A DNA stretch of 64,000 bases from the human T2T-CHM13v2.0 reference genome, Homo sapiens (GCF_009914755.1 NC_060928.1), one strand, 5' to 3'. Positions 12,678-28,265 are shown, counted from the first letter of the stretch. Program-made: numbers and translations. The notes: generated by a model from the sequence alone, not told the origin.

Positions 12678-14054
12678 ATGAACAGTCCTTTCATTTGTAT
12701 TCTGTATTGTAACCATTCTCACCTGGGGAAAGCTATGTTCTTTCAGTTCTTCCTCACTCTATCATTCATCTGACTTTGTTTGGTCATTTCATCTCTATGG
12801 GAACCCACGTTTAAACTTTCATAGCCCTTCTACTTCCCACTACCTAACCATAACACTGGCCCATTCCTCTGCTCCCTACACATAACCAAATATCTGGGAA
12901 GATTTGTCTACAACCACTGGTTCTACTTTTGTGTCTCCCTGCCATATTATTTCAATAAGTTTAGTCAATACAATACCCATATGCAATTTAAATCGTTATA
13001 CAGAAGTACAAATTTTAAAAGGAAAAACAGCAGCTCCCTGTCTCAATTCTACCAACCCCTAATTTCCACTTTCCAGAGAAGGTCACTTTCAATTCTCTAA
13101 ACTGTTTCTTATGGTATTCTGCAGCACACTTGGTTAGCTTGGCTGCTGAAACCATTGGTCTGTGTGCCTTTTTCAATGGTAGGTCTTTAATCACTCTCCA
13201 AACTTTTCTTTTTTAATTGGTGTATTAAAGTCTTGCATTATTTTTCTTGGTTCAATTTGGATCATTTATGTTTTGCTAGAAATTCCCTCTGGGATTTCAA
13301 TTTTGTGCTATATGTCTCTTATAAGTGATTCCCAGATTCATATTTCTGTCTCTATCTCTGTATAATTGATCACACAACATCTTCACTTGTGTACCTAGTG
13401 CCATTTCAAAATTAACATGTTCAAAACTCAACTCCTGCTACCTATCCCCAAACCTGCTCCTCCAAAATTTTTCCTCAACTAAATAAATGGCAACTCTGTT
13501 CTTCAATTGCTCAAACCAAAGCTTTGGAATCATCCTTTAATGTTTTTCTTTCTTTCATATCCCATCCATCTAAAAATCCTTTTGGCATTCTATTAACAAA
13601 ATATGCAGAATCTGAACACTTCTTACCACCTCTTCTGCTGTAACCTGATCAAAGCAACAATCACTTTCCATTTTCACTGAGAACTTTTACTGGAGGATGG
13701 AACAGCCTTCCTACTTTGCAGTTGCCTCCCTGGAGCTCATTCTTCATACAGCAGCCAATGTGCATGTTCAAGAGTCCTTATACTAATTGGTTTGAAAGCA
13801 TCCATTGAGTTTCTGTGTCACTCCATCCTTATTGTGGTTTACAAGGCCTTACATGTTTCATCTGCTGCCACTCAACTTATTTTGCCTCCTGATACCCTTC
13901 CATCTCTTTGTACTCCTGCCACACAAGCCCATTTGCTGCCCCGTAGGCATGCCAAGCATACTCCTGCCTTAGTGCATTTGAGCCTGTCCTTTCCACTGCA
14001 GCAGTGTTGTTCCTTTAGTATAGCCTGGTCCTCTGCTTCTTTCAGGCCTATTCC

Positions 14055-14684
14055 ATACAGTTACCTATTGCTACAACAATGCTGCAGAGCAAGCAATGGC
14101 AAAACATCAGTGGCACTCCAACAATAAATATTTAGTGATGAGTTTCAGCTAAGCTGGGCAAGACTTGGCTGGTCATGTATGGGCTCACTCATGTGTCCAC
14201 CTTCAGCTGTGGGTCAGCAAGTCACCTCTTGCTGATCTTGAATGGCCAGACTGATATATCTGAGGGTCAGCTGGGTACTGGATGATCCAGTATAACCTCA
14301 GCAGGGATGACTGGAGCTGTCATCTCATTCACCCTCCAGCAGGCTAGCACTGGCATATTGTTATGGTTGTGGTCAAGGAACAAGACGCATGTGAAATTGT
14401 GGGAGGACTTTCTCAAAAAAGCTTTATGATTTTCTCAAGCTTCTGCATGAGCCTCATCTGTAAAAAAGCTTGTTTTGGGGAAGTGAGATATTGATAGATG
14501 AGGCTCACACAGAAGCTTGAGAAAGTCCTGCCACGATTTCACATGCCTCTGAATCTGTCTAGATTTAGCAGTTGAAAAGAAATAGATCCTGCTTTTGGTG
14601 AAAAGTGATGCAAAGTCCCATGGCAAAAGGCCTGGATAAAAGAGGAGTGAAGAATGAGAGCAGTGATGCCATCAATCAGCCAAG
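14055..14684 (-). mobile_element. Old MaLR LTR (MLT1F/G/H-like)
   Basis: AGTTACCTATTGCT...GGGCTCACTCATGTGTC...AAGTCCTGCCAC...GCAAAGTCCCATGGCAAAAGG motifs. Confidence 0.75.
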
Positions 14685-14800
14685 CATCCTTTCAGTGAGT
14701 CCTTTCTGACCACCCAATATAAAACAGCATCCTCCCCTCACACACATTCTTATCACTCTTATCCAGCGTTGCTTTTATATCTGTATCTGGCATCCTTATA

Positions 14801-15205
14801 TGTGTCAGTCATGGTTCAATCGAGAAACTGAACCACTAGGAGATATATGTTGACATTTATTGCAGAGTTGTCTTATGTGATTGGGGAGGATGGCCAAGCA
14901 GGCTAGAAGTCCACAGGAAGGCTCCAGGAAGGTTAGGTTGCTACTCTGGGGCTGGTGCTGAAGCCTGCGGTCCACAGGGGGATTTCTTCTTCCTCAGGGA
15001 TGCCTCAGTTCTGCTCTTAAGGCCTTTCACCTGATTGAATCAGATTATCTAGGGTGACATTCCTCACTTAGCCAACTGACATGTACTTTAGTTCATCTAA
15101 GAAATACCTGCACAGCAAAACCGATAATTAGTGGTTAATTCAATACCTGGGGACTATTACTGAATTAACAGTCTAGCCATGTTGACACATAAAACTATCA
15201 TTCTA
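14801..15205 (-). mobile_element. MLT2-type ERVL LTR
   Basis: GGTTCAATCGAGAAACTGAACCACTAGGAGAT...GCTCTTAAGGCCTTTCACCTGATTG...CTAGCCATGTTGACACATAAAA. Confidence 0.82.
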
Positions 15206-16742
15206 TACATTTAATTTTTATTTATTTATTGCCTGTCTGCCCCGCAAGAAAGTTAGCTGTATGCAGGCTGGGACTTCTCTGTTAGTCACTATTCCAGGGA
15301 TTGGAATAAAGCTGGAACAAGTCAACCCCAAAGAACTGTAAAATTGTACTTCACTGACTTTCTAAGTCATATGCTTAAGCTGCTATTTCTTTTTAAAATC
15401 AATTTTATACAATATGTTGATTTTCTCCTGTGACATGATACAGTCCCTTATGTTTTCACTCCCCACTGCCATACTCACATTTTCTACCTGCCCATATTCT
15501 CATTTTAGTTACAGTACCGTTTATGATGAATGAATATTAAATTTTCACATTACTGTGACTGTCAATATTTTTCATAGGAGAGACATCTAGTGCACTGTGA
15601 TCACATTTTCAGTCTTGTGTGTATATATATATGTGTGTGTGTGTGTATATATATTTTTCTTCTCAAGGAGTTCATTGCCTAATTTTTTCATTTGCTAACT
15701 TTTCTAAGTATGTATTCCCAAATATTTCCAAATACTTTAAATTATAAATTCCCTCCAAATATAATCCTGTATATTGAGGTAGGGTAGGTACCAGTTTCAT
15801 GTTTTTTCTGTCTTCCTCTATCTTCCCTCATTACCTTTTACGTCTGCTGCAACTTCGTCATTCTGGGACATTATTTCACCGCTACTCAGGCAATACTCTT
15901 CTCTTCTGGCTTTGATCTCCTGTTTCCTGAATTCTAAGTTTTCTTTTTCTTGGTTCATTCTTACATTTTATTATATTATTATTATGAATTACAGCCTTTA
16001 ACATTGAAATAGGTACTCCCTCATTTGATTAATGCTTTTTAATTTTTTTATTTGCTTTTTGCCAGGTATATCTTTGTCCTCTTATTTTTAGCCTTTCTCA
16101 GTCTCTGTTTTATGGATCTGTTTTGTAAGAACATAGAGTTGAAGTTTACATTGTTGGCTAATCTGAAATTCACCTTCATTTAATAGAGGAGTGAGAACCA
16201 TATTGTTATTAATATGACAGCTCACAAAACTTGGTCATAAGATCATACAATCATATAACTTATATCTGTGATCTTAGTTTTGTTATATGGTTTTAGTTTA
16301 CATTTCTAAATGTTAGTTGTAAAATATAGAGACATATAAAGCCTTTCACCATAAGTTTATTTTCTTTGTAATTTACCTTTTTTATACTTATTTTGGAGTT
16401 ATGAGGTTTTTTGCCTAATGGTTACTTTTATACTAACACATTTACATAATATCCTTAGTTGCATCTCTTTTAGATACTCTTTACTGGTTCCCTGTAATAA
16501 TCAATATTGATAATGCCCAGTGACTTCCTATTCCTCATTCTTTTCTTTCCTCCCATTATCTGATTTGTATATGATTTTTAAAAATTTCTCCTAATTCTTA
16601 TGAGGCAATTGCCAAGCTTATTCTACCCTTTACGTATTCTCCACGAGTTCCATTTTTGTTAGTTTTATTGTATATACACTGTTAAAGCATGTACAATTTT
16701 ATAATATTTTGCCCTTATCTCCCAAATTAATCTATGTTCTGA

Positions 16743-17103
<361 letters not shown>

Positions 17104-18037
17104 TAGTTATTTATTGCCCATATAAGGCTTGTTTTCTACATATTTCTTAGGAAGACTATAAAGAACAATAACCCTCAAAAACAATAACAAAATGGCCAGC
17201 TGTGAAGAGCTAGAACTTGGCCACCCCACTGCTGTGTCATCTTTCTCCATCCCCATAGGAAGAAACCACTGTTTTTTTCCTCTTCTCTTATTTTCGTTGT
17301 TGTTGCTTTTGGTAGCTTTATCACATATGTGTATCCCTACACAACATATTTTAGTTTTGCTTATTCTTGAGCTTTATAAATCTGGATTCAGACTTTCTAA
17401 AGTATATTGCAATTTGCTTTTTCCACTCCGTCTTATGTTCTAAGATTTATCTGTGTTGTTGCTGGTTACTGCTGTTAATAGCATTGTGTGCATATACCAT
17501 AATTTATTGCACGTTTATAACGATTTTTCTTTGGCATTTAGAATTGAAGATCAGTTAGCTTTTTACAAAATCATAAGTCCATGTTTTTGGGTTTTTTTTT
17601 TTTTCCCTTGAGAATTTAAAAATGCTTCTTGATTGTCATTTGGTACAAAGTGTTCATATCAAACAGTGTGAGGCTATTCTGATTTTCTTTTTACAAGTTA
17701 ATGTTCTTTTTATTTGGATGTCTAAAGGCTTCTTTCTCTTTCTCTGAAGTTGAATTAATTTACTTGAAATGTCTTGGTGTTGATGATTCTGAGTTGATTT
17801 TCCCAGGTTAGAGTGTCCTTTTCTCACTTTATTGCACTTCGTCTTTATTCTTCAGTTTTCTTTTACACATATGTTGTCTCTTCATGGCCTCTCTTCCATA
17901 TTTACCTTTTTCTGAACAAACCCTGTCCTATGTTTTTCCTTATACTTTTGATTTTTTAAAAATGTGTTCCTATTTACGTTTCATTTTTCTTACTGTGTTC
18001 TCTCTAGTGTTTCTCGGTTTTTGTGTTTCTCCTAGTC

Positions 18038-18337
18038 TTTTTTTTTTTTTCTTTTTGAGAATGAGTCTTGCTCTGTTGCCCAGGGTGGAGTGCAGTGGCG
18101 CAATCTCGGCTCACTGCAACCTCCGCCTCCTGGGTTCAAGCAATTCTGTGCCTCAGCCTCCCGAGTAGCTGGGATTACAGGCGCTCACCACCACATCCAG
18201 CTAGTTTTTGTATTTTTAGTACAGACGTGGTTTCACCATCTTGGTCAGGCTGGTCTTGAACTTCTGACTTTGTGATCCACCCGCCTCGGCCTCCCAAAGT
18301 GCTGGGATTACAGGCGTGAGCCACACTACTCCTGGCC
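18038..18337 (-). mobile_element. AluS (Sg/Sc-like)
   Basis: Full dimer with the 2-bp-shorter GACTTTGTGATCC form. TSD TAGTCT. Confidence 0.92.
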
Positions 18338-19333
18338 TAGTCTAGCTTTTATTTGTGATTTTATTCCTTTCCTGATCTCTCTCCACTATTCTTTAATATC
18401 CTCCCTTTGTCTAGTTCTATTATTTTTGGAATTTCCTTTTTTGTGCTTCATACTGTTCATTTGTAGCTTCTGTAATTTCTTAGCTCCTTTGAGCCAATTT
18501 TGAAATACTAAGTTATACATTTTTCTGGGGTCATCCTTTGTTGGTAGGTTGAGTATTTATTTTTACCCTCTCATTGAATAGCAATCAATTACAAACATTT
18601 TCTGTTGCTCGTGTTTAAATAAGATGGGTTTTCCTGTATATTTAGAAAGAAGCATTAGTATTTATGGTTGTGAGTGAACCAGTATGCATTTTGACCTTCA
18701 GTGTTCGAAATTTCCCTCATCATGGGTCCTATGAAGTATGAATAATAATGTCAGTCTTTGTAACTACCTCTAAAAAAGCATTCTGAGGTCAACTTCCTCT
18801 GAACTCCCCCTCACTAGTGTGTAAGCCTTTTCTCTTCTGTACTGCCAGCGTTCTTGCTTGCCCAATTTGGATTCCATTTTCAGCAATATTTCCTTAGAAG
18901 GGGCACTGTCTTAATGAAAGGATAATTTTCTCGTATGTTTCTAATTACTGAGAATTTGGGCATCCTCTGATCTTGCTGTAGCCTTTTCCTTTCTGAGATC
19001 TTGCGATCTTGTACTCATCCATAATTTGGAGTCGGTGCAGATTTCTACCACTTTCACCATTTGGTTCTATAATCTGCTTGCTGAAATTCCGACTCAGATT
19101 GTGGTCCTTTCCTTTTAGAGATGAATATTTTAAAGCAATTTTTGAACTCTGTCTCAGAGGATCATCAGAACTCCTTTCTTCTGAAATATTGAATTTCTTT
19201 TCATTTTTCTATTTCTGCATAGCTGCTGATCATATAGCCTATAGCCCCAGCCTGATTCTATTTATGCATATTCTGGGGTTTGAGGGGGATATTTTGTCAC
19301 CTGGTTTTGTTGATAATATTGTCCTCTAAAATT

Positions 19334-19639
19334 TTTTTCTTTTTTTCTTTTTTTTAATGAGATGGCATCTCACTCTGTCACCCAGGCTGGAGTGCAGTGG
19401 CATGATCTCGATTAACTGCAACCTCTGCCTCCTGGGTTCAAGCAATTCTCCTACCTCAGCCTACATAGTAGCTGGAATTATGGGCACCTGCCACCATGCT
19501 TGGCTAATTTTTGTATTTTTAGTAGCGATGAGGTTTCACCATGTTGGCCAGGCTGGTCTTGAACTCCTGACCTCAGGTGATCTGCCCCCTCGGCCTCCCA
19601 AAGTGCTGGGGTTACAGGTGTGAGCCACCGCACCCGGTC
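19334..19639 (-). mobile_element. AluS (Sx-like)
   Basis: Full dimer with CTCCTGACCTCAGGTGATC. CTAAAA(A)TTTT on both flanks. Confidence 0.92.
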
Positions 19640-20118
19640 CCCTAAAAATTTTCCTATACTATTTTCCTTCTCCATATTTATAAAGGAATTTTAGACTCTC
19701 ACAAACTATGCTGTTGCTACTGTTTTATTGATTTGATATTGTCTAAATATGACTATAGACTAAGAAGCACATTTCTAATGAACTCATGATTCACTTACTT
19801 TTAGCTATAGTTAAATATGTCCATTTTGACTACTATTCAAATGCACTCCTTTTGCAAGTCTTCAAAAACACTCTGCTTGTCTGTTCGCTTGCTTGTTAGG
19901 CTTGCTTTTCTTACAGTCTGTCAGCTTTTCTTCACGTGAGTCCTGGTATGCTTCCTCAGGGTCAGACTGCTTCTCTGGTTCTCCGTGTAGCACCTCCCTG
20001 ACAGTTTGATTTTTAGACATACAAACTTCAGCAATACAAAATGAAAGTTAGAGTGCCTGTGTCTGAGTGCAAGAGTTACTGAGTGGTATAAAACTGTGTT
20101 TTGTTGTGTTTTTCGTAG

Positions 20119-20184
20119 GATATAAAGATGTTTAATTGGACAACCTTATTCATTCAGCTGTGACTTGCAGAAGGATCTGAGCAG
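20119..20184 (+). other. Candidate non-coding internal exon (66 bp)
   Basis: Acceptor TGTGTTTTGTTGTGTTTTTCGTAG|G, donor CAG|GTACAG. Stops in all three frames. Confidence 0.35.
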
Positions 20185-21065
20185 GTACAGTTAAAGTGCT
20201 AGCTAATGAATGTTTTGGGAGGTAGGCTGCAGAAATTCTGGCATTTCATATTTTCTTCCAGTCTAACAACTCAATTCCACAATTGGCAAATGAGCTTTAA
20301 AGGAATACTACATGATTAAATTTTTTAGCGTTAAAAAATGATTACCTATTTCAAAAACATCAAATAGAAAATATTGTTGGTCATCAAGACAGAAAATTTG
20401 AGAAAATATTTAAGTAAATGAAAGAGAGATGTGAGAATTTTAAGTGCTGTTAATAGAGAAAGGGAAAATATATTAATTTTGATAAATTAGCTTTTTAGAC
20501 TCATGTATCTCAAAATTAGATAATCTATTTCAAAGTAATAAGAAAAATGTGGATATCATCAGAATGTCTTTATTACACTCACTATAAACTTATCTGAAAA
20601 TGCTCTTTTAGCATATGCTGGTCAGACAGCAGTGAATCTCAGTAGCTCAAAGGGAGTAGCTTCCCAATGAAGAATCAATACAGAATCATTGTGCCAAGAG
20701 TCTAGAAGTGCACAAAATTAAGTCCCAAATTAAGATCATTTGAAAATTTCTATCAGTGCTCAACTCCTTACTCATTGCAAAGCAAATGTGGTCTTATTGA
20801 TAGTAAATTGCTTTTACTTTAACATTAAGGATTATATTTCATATTGTGTGTTCTTTTGTTAGTTGTGGAAATAGTCATTAGGCAACAATGCATTTACAGA
20901 CCTTAGAAAATGTTTAGTGACCCCCATCAGTTTGATGTATTATACTTTAATAAACCTTATTAATGGCAAAAATGTAAGCTTATTTCCCGAGATAGATGAG
21001 ATTTATTTGGCAGCTTTGGAAATCTGAAGTGTCCATCAGGAAGTGCAGAGGAAACAATGTTGATT

Positions 21066-21950
21066 CAAGTCCTCGGCCCATTTTTCAATCAGGTTATTTT
21101 TGTTGTTGTTATTGAGTTGCATGAACTTCTTATACATTTCTATGCTAACTGTTGATGAGAAATATGGTTTGCAAATATTTTCTCCAAATCTGTAGGTCAC
21201 CTTTTCACTTTGTTGATTGTTTCCTTTGCTGTGCAGAAGCTTTTTAGGTTGATGTCGTCCAAATTGTTTATGTTTACTTTGGTTGCTTGAGCTTTTGGTG
21301 TAATATCCAAAAAATATCCTTGCCAATACTAATGTCGAGAAGCTCGTCCCCTGTGGATTATTCTATAAATGTTGTGGGCTTAGTCCTTGTGTTTAGGCCT
21401 TTGAGCTGATTTTTGTGTATGATGTAAGATAAGGGTCCAATTTCTTTCTTTTGCACATGGAAATCCAGTTTCCCCATCATTCATTGAGGAGACTGTCTTT
21501 TCCCCAAGTATCTTCTTGCTGTCCTTCTCAAAAATTAATTGGCCCTATGTGCTTGGGTTTATTTCTGGGCTGCTTTTTCTATTTCATTGGTCTATGTAAC
21601 TGTTTTATGTTAGTATTATACTGTTTTAATGTAAACTGGTACAGCCATTACAGAAAACAGTACGGAAGAAGATTGAAAAATGAAAAATAGAACTACTGTA
21701 TGACACAGCAAGCCCTTTTCTGGTAGTATCAGCACCTTCTAGAGGTCCCTGCACTCCCATGTTCATTGTGGCATTATTCACAATAGCCAAGACATAGAAA
21801 CAACCTTAGTGTCTGTCAACAGACGATGGGGGAATAGAGAAATTGTGGTAGATGCTGAATATTTGTTAATTTACTTGATCATAATAACAATTTCACTATG
21901 CATAAATATATCAAAGCAATCATGCTGTATACATCTAAGCAATAAAAGCA
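21066..21950 (+). mobile_element. L1MA-like element with 5' inversion (21066-~21628 antisense, ~21628-21950 sense)
   Basis: Antisense ORF2 (TGCTGTGCAGAAGCTTTTTAG) switches to sense AATGTAAACTGGTACAGCC..., followed by an L1MA-type 3' end. Degenerate TSD 21051-21065 / 21951-21965. Confidence 0.75.
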
Positions 21951-22199
21951 AAAGAAATGTTTATTTGGAAAGAATCTCAGAAAGGAAGCTTAAAGTATTA
22001 TAAAAGAGAAGTTTGTTATTTCAAAGACAATGGAGATTATGAAAAAAGTGAGAAAAAAACTACTACCTAAAGATGAATATATGGAATAATGATAGTGAGA
22101 AGAAATATAAAAAGTGAAAAGTAGGCTGGGTAAAACACACAGTAAGTGATTATATGCATTTGTATGTATATGTAAAAATTTATATATGGAAATTTCACT

Positions 22200-23710
22200 A
22201 GGGTACATAAGTGAAAATTGAAGAGGACAGATCGAAGAATCAGGAAACTTGAAAATAGATCAATAGAAATGATCTAGTCGGAAGAACACAGAGAGAGAAG
22301 ATTGCAGAAAAATAAACAGACCCTCAGAGACCTGTGGGAAAATATCTAGCATGAAATAGATGTGTAGTATGGAAATTCAATGGAGCTAGCATAGCCAAAA
22401 CAATTGTTAAAAAGAAGAAAAATGGTGGAAGAGTTATACCACTTAAATTTGAAACTTACTAAAAGTCCAGAGTAACCAAGACAGTGTGGTATTGGCACAA
22501 ATATAGGCAGATAGATCAGTTGACTCAACTGAACATAAATGAGAATCCAGGAATCAATTCTTATATTTACAGTCAATTGATTTTTTTTTTTTTTACAAAG
22601 TGATCAAAACGAATCAAGGCAAAAAAAGATAGCCTTCACAACAATTAGCACTAGAATAATTGTGTATCCACATGCAACAAACAAACAAAAAACTTGAACT
22701 TCAGCCCTTACCTCATACTACACAAAAAAAAACTCTAAATAAATCATAGGCCTAAATGTAATAATTATTACTGTACCATTTCAAGAAGAAAACACAGGAG
22801 AAAATCCTTACCTTTGGTTGGGCAAAGAATTCTTAGACACAATACAAAAAGCACAATTCACTTTTTAAGAAATGTGATACATTGGACTTCATAAAAAGTT
22901 AAAAGTTTAACACTTCAAAAGACAATGATAAGAAAATGAAAGGCAAGGGTTAGACAGAAAAATTTATTTGCAAATCACATGTCTAATAAAGGACTTCAAA
23001 ATATATAAACACACTTAACACTAAGTCATAAGATGAAAAAATTAGAGGGCAAAATATTTGAATAGACAGTTCATCAAAAAAGGTATATGTGGCCAAGAAG
23101 CACATGAAAAAAATGCTCAGTATAATTAGTCTTCAGGAAAATGAAAATTAAAACCACAATGAGATATCGTTATATACACACTAGAATGTAATAAAAGATG
23201 GATAATAACAAGTGGTGACAAGAATGTGGAGAAATGGGAATCCTCACACATTGCTAGTGGGAATGTAAAATGTACAGCCACTTTGAAAAAGAGTTTGGCT
23301 GTTGCTCAAAAGGAATTATACAGAATTACTATATGCCTCAAGAATTCTACTCCTTAATGTCTAATCAGGAAAAAATGCAAACATATGTACATATAAAGAC
23401 TTACATGTGAATTTTGATGGAAGCATTATTAATAATAGTGAAAAATCTGTAAATATTCCAAATGAATATCAATTGGTAAATGGATTAAGAAAATGTGATA
23501 TAACCATGCAAAAGAAAATCATTTAATGATCGAAAAGAACAAACTCCCACCTCATGGTACAATGTGGAAGAACTTAGAAACCATTATGCTAAGTGAAAGG
23601 AGATATATGTAAAAGATTACATATTGTATGATTCCACTTAATGAAAAGTCCAGAAAAGGCAAATTTTCAGAGACAGAAAGCAGATCAGTTCTTGCCTGGG
23701 GCTAGGTGTT
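22200..23710 (+). mobile_element. L1MB/MC-like element: ORF1 fragment fused to 3' ORF2 and 3' UTR
   Basis: CAATAGAAATGATCTAGTC...GACCTGTGGGA (ORF1), then GTAACCAAGACAGTGTGGTATTGGC and CATTATGCTAAGTGAAAG...CAGAAAAGGCAAA. Confidence 0.85.
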
Positions 23711-24286
23711 CTGGTGCAAATTTAAGGATGTATGTAATGTGTGAATAGCTTGCGGCCTTTCTCTTCTCAGCCAGGAGTATGCCTGCCCTAACCAGCTGCA
23801 ACCTTGGGGTAAGAGCATTTGGCTTGTCTCAACTCAGAGCCTCCGAGAAGCCACTTTCGTTAACAATGCTGCTGTGTTTCACACTGAGTTTCTTTAACAG
23901 CAAAGAGGCTGGTCCTCATGGTTTGCTCCATCCTGGCAGAAGTTCTGCCCTGAGACGGGAGAAGCCCCAGGAAAGAATGTCACAGAATTCTACTGTTTTT
24001 ACCTGAAGTTCAACAGTTTTTCAAGCATAAATCCTTCTCTGATTGTTGTATGAAAACAACATACATACAATGGATCAGTTTTGTCCTGCTTTATAGTTGC
24101 TTTTTGAAAAGGATTTGCTGATCTCCTTACTTGGCCATCACTCTACACCCACTTTTAATATGTAGGAAGAAAAAAGAAAAATTAATAACAACTGGAGATT
24201 GGAAAGGCAGAGGGCATATTATGGGAAGAAGCATTAGCCCATAAGCATTCAGTTGGTATCTTACCTCATCAGTTCTTTCAAAGGCT

Positions 24287-24316
24287 CTGTGTATGTGTGT
24301 GTGTGTGTGTGCGCGC
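24287..24316. repeat. (TG)n(CG)n microsatellite
   Basis: Directly visible alternating purine-pyrimidine tract. Confidence 0.9.
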
Positions 24317-24658
24317 ACCTGCTACGAATACAAATAGCTTGCTACAAAATATCACTCTCGGAAAGAGAGTACTTATGCTCTAACTTATAACTTATGCTGT
24401 AACCGAGTGTACAATAGAATTCTATTTTGACTTGGATTCTCCAACACAAAGCAAAGAAGCAATGAATACAATTTATGGTGTTGTCCTAAATTGCTTTGCT
24501 AATTCCCTACCATATATATGTCTCCCTACCACCACTTCATATAATTCATACATCTCAAATTATTATTTACAAGAGATATATACACACAAACACACTATAC
24601 ACACATGAACATTTGTTGCTTTCTTGTGTGGCATATTTGTGAATTTTTCAAGGACGAA

Positions 24659-25160
24659 TGTGGTAACTCCTCTCATCCCTGGATGCGTGCCCCTTTGCAA
24701 TGTGATGTTGTCTGTCCTCTTGTCAAGAGGTGAAGTCCATTTCTCATCTTCTGAATCTGTGTGGGCTTTGTGACTTGTTCAGATCAAGAGAATGTAGCAG
24801 AAGGATTGCTGTGCCACTTTCAGTCTGAAGACTGAACTTCTGCTCTGCCCTGTTTGAACTCTGAGATCACTATAAAGAAGCCCAGGACAGTTTTCTTGAG
24901 GGTGAGATACTTTGTGGCATGAAAAACTCAGCTAATAGCTACCATCAACCACAGATAGGACAAGAAAGCCACTTTAATTCCAGCTGAGCAGCGAGATCAC
25001 AGTAGCTACTTGAGTGAACCCAGGTGAGAACAGCAGAAAAACCACCACATAAGCCAGCCTAAATTACTGACCCTCATAATTCTGAGCAAACAAAATGATT
25101 ATTGTTCTAAACCACTTAAGTTTGTGGTGCTTTGTGGTACAGCAATTTATAACTGAGACA
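24659..25160 (+). mobile_element. MLT1F/G/H-type MaLR LTR
   Basis: CCCTTTGCAATGTGA...CAAGAGGTGAAGTC...TTGTGACTTG; end CAGCAATTTATAACTGAGACA. Confidence 0.82.
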
Positions 25161-26401
25161 AGATGTTCATTTTACATTTTCTTTGTTAATAGTTATGCTG
25201 AACAGAACATCTTAAAACATATGATGGAGTAATTCTTAGTCTACTTCAATTTTTTGGACACCATCTAATGTCAGAAAGTATAGACTTTAAATAGTTCTTT
25301 TGAAATTTGTGATTATCAAGTTTTACATGGAAGTTAATGAAATCAATATTGTTTTTATAGGGTTGCAGGTGATTTTTAAGGTCTGGAAATTTTCCAGATT
25401 CATTCTGCAAGTTAATCTAGCAAGTGGCATTCTTTGCTCTTGTTGCCTGCCATCTCTTTGAGATAACTTTTTAAAGGAAGGGGGACAAAATCATTATGGA
25501 TTCTTTAATCAACAGCAGTTGACTATCTGCTTTTTACTACCACTTGCAAGGAAAACAACTCTTAATTTCCCATTTCTAAAATGCCCTCATGTAGTAGATT
25601 CCTAATTACTTGACTGAAAAAGTAAACATCATCTAATGCTTGCTCAGACATTAAGGTACATAGGAGTGATTACCGAGCGTGTCTGCTTTCCTACCTACCA
25701 AATGCTAAATCTATTAGTATTTCCTGGTATTCTTCTGAATTTTGAATACTGTTCACATAAATTAAAAAGACCAACATACAGAGAAATTTATGTCATTTTC
25801 CCCCTATTAAAAATATAGGCTAGATAAGGTAATGGAATAGCAATAAAAACTCTTTTTCATAAAATTCTTAAGTATGGCTTCAATCTGCAATTTCTTTTTA
25901 CATTGCACACATTTCTTTTGCTGCAATTATCTAAATAAAAGTATTTGTATATAACTATTCATGGCACATCAGATTTTTATTTTGTTTGAGGAAATATGCA
26001 CATGTTTTGTTCATCCTCAATTAAATTATTTACCTTAGAACTTCATGATATATCTGCTTACCTACCAGGAATCCAACACCTGCACATGCAGGCTTGAAGA
26101 GGGTTTGAAACTTGATTTTAAAAACACTTTTAAAGAATAATGATGCATAATGAATATTACTTTCGTATTTCAAGTAACAAGCATCACCCAATGGAAAATG
26201 TGTGAATTAAATGTCCCTGGTATTCATTACTACTTTGAAACAGCTGCAACAAAGGATTCGTTCTGATATAACTATGTGTCATCCTGGCATGTTCCATGCC
26301 TAAGTAAATTTTTAATCTTGACAGATCATCAAATAGAAGAATTTCCTTTCCAGAGAATGCAAGTATTGGGCAATACAAATTCAGATTATAAGAAAGGGTT
26401 A

Positions 26402-27420
<1,019 letters not shown>

Positions 27421-27874
27421 AAGAAAGGGTTATAATAACCATTTAGAGAAGGAGGTAGAGGGTAGGGTTCAGGCTTGAACAGGATTCTTCATCATACCGT
27501 ATTCTCCTGAAATGGACTCCACCAAGATGTAAGAAGATTAAGTCCAAACCTGAGGTACAGTGCCGTTTTGCCTTCTGATAGAATTGGTGGCTATTTTTTG
27601 CTAGGCAGACTGCTTAACTGAAAAGACTGGCTGTGCTTTTATTTTAGTCTCAATGAGTGTGCTTTGTTTTTTAAAATAAACTTCCATTCTCTCTTTGGTA
27701 ATCAACTTGAAGTCAATCTTATACCTCCTTTTCAAAAGTTTTTCTGTGTTTAGGCCATTGTGAAGTTGTCTTTACTGATCTGCTGCTCTGAGGGAGTGAA
27801 AGGGAGCCGGGGAATTGAAGGAAACCTGTGAAAGAGGAAATAGGACTTCCTCTCCCTTTCACTTGGCACTTCAC

Positions 27875-28035
27875 CCTCAAAGTACATTCCACAGAGCAGC
27901 AACATCTGTATTATTTGCTAGCTCCTCCAAGATGCAGAACTCAAGGCCTTACCTGAGACCTACTGGATTAGAATCTGCTGTATGACAAGATCTCGGTGTG
28001 CTTTCTATCCTCAGTAAAAATTGGCATGCACTGAC
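27875..28035. mobile_element. MER5-type hAT MITE fragment
   Basis: GATGCAGAACTCAAGGCCTTACCTGAGACCTACTGGATTAGAATCTGC. Confidence 0.7.
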
Positions 28036-28129
28036 CCAGGAGAAAGCATTAGATCAAATGTGCCAGCCTTTCGCTCTCTAATGGCTCTCAGATGGAACAT
28101 CCTCTAACCTGGGTATTCCCTTAAGGAAA

Positions 28130-28265
28130 AATAAACGACTAGACGCCAGGAGCTCTGGTAGTTTGTTTCTACCAGGTGTGGCTTTGAGGAAATCATTTAA
28201 TTTCCCAGCTTCTGTTTGCTATTTGTAAAATGATACTCTACTATTTTGTGGCATATCTTTTGTAA
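28130..28265 (+). mobile_element. MIR fragment
   Basis: GTGTGGCTTTGAGGAAATCATTTAATTTC...ATTTGTAAAATGA. Confidence 0.6.
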
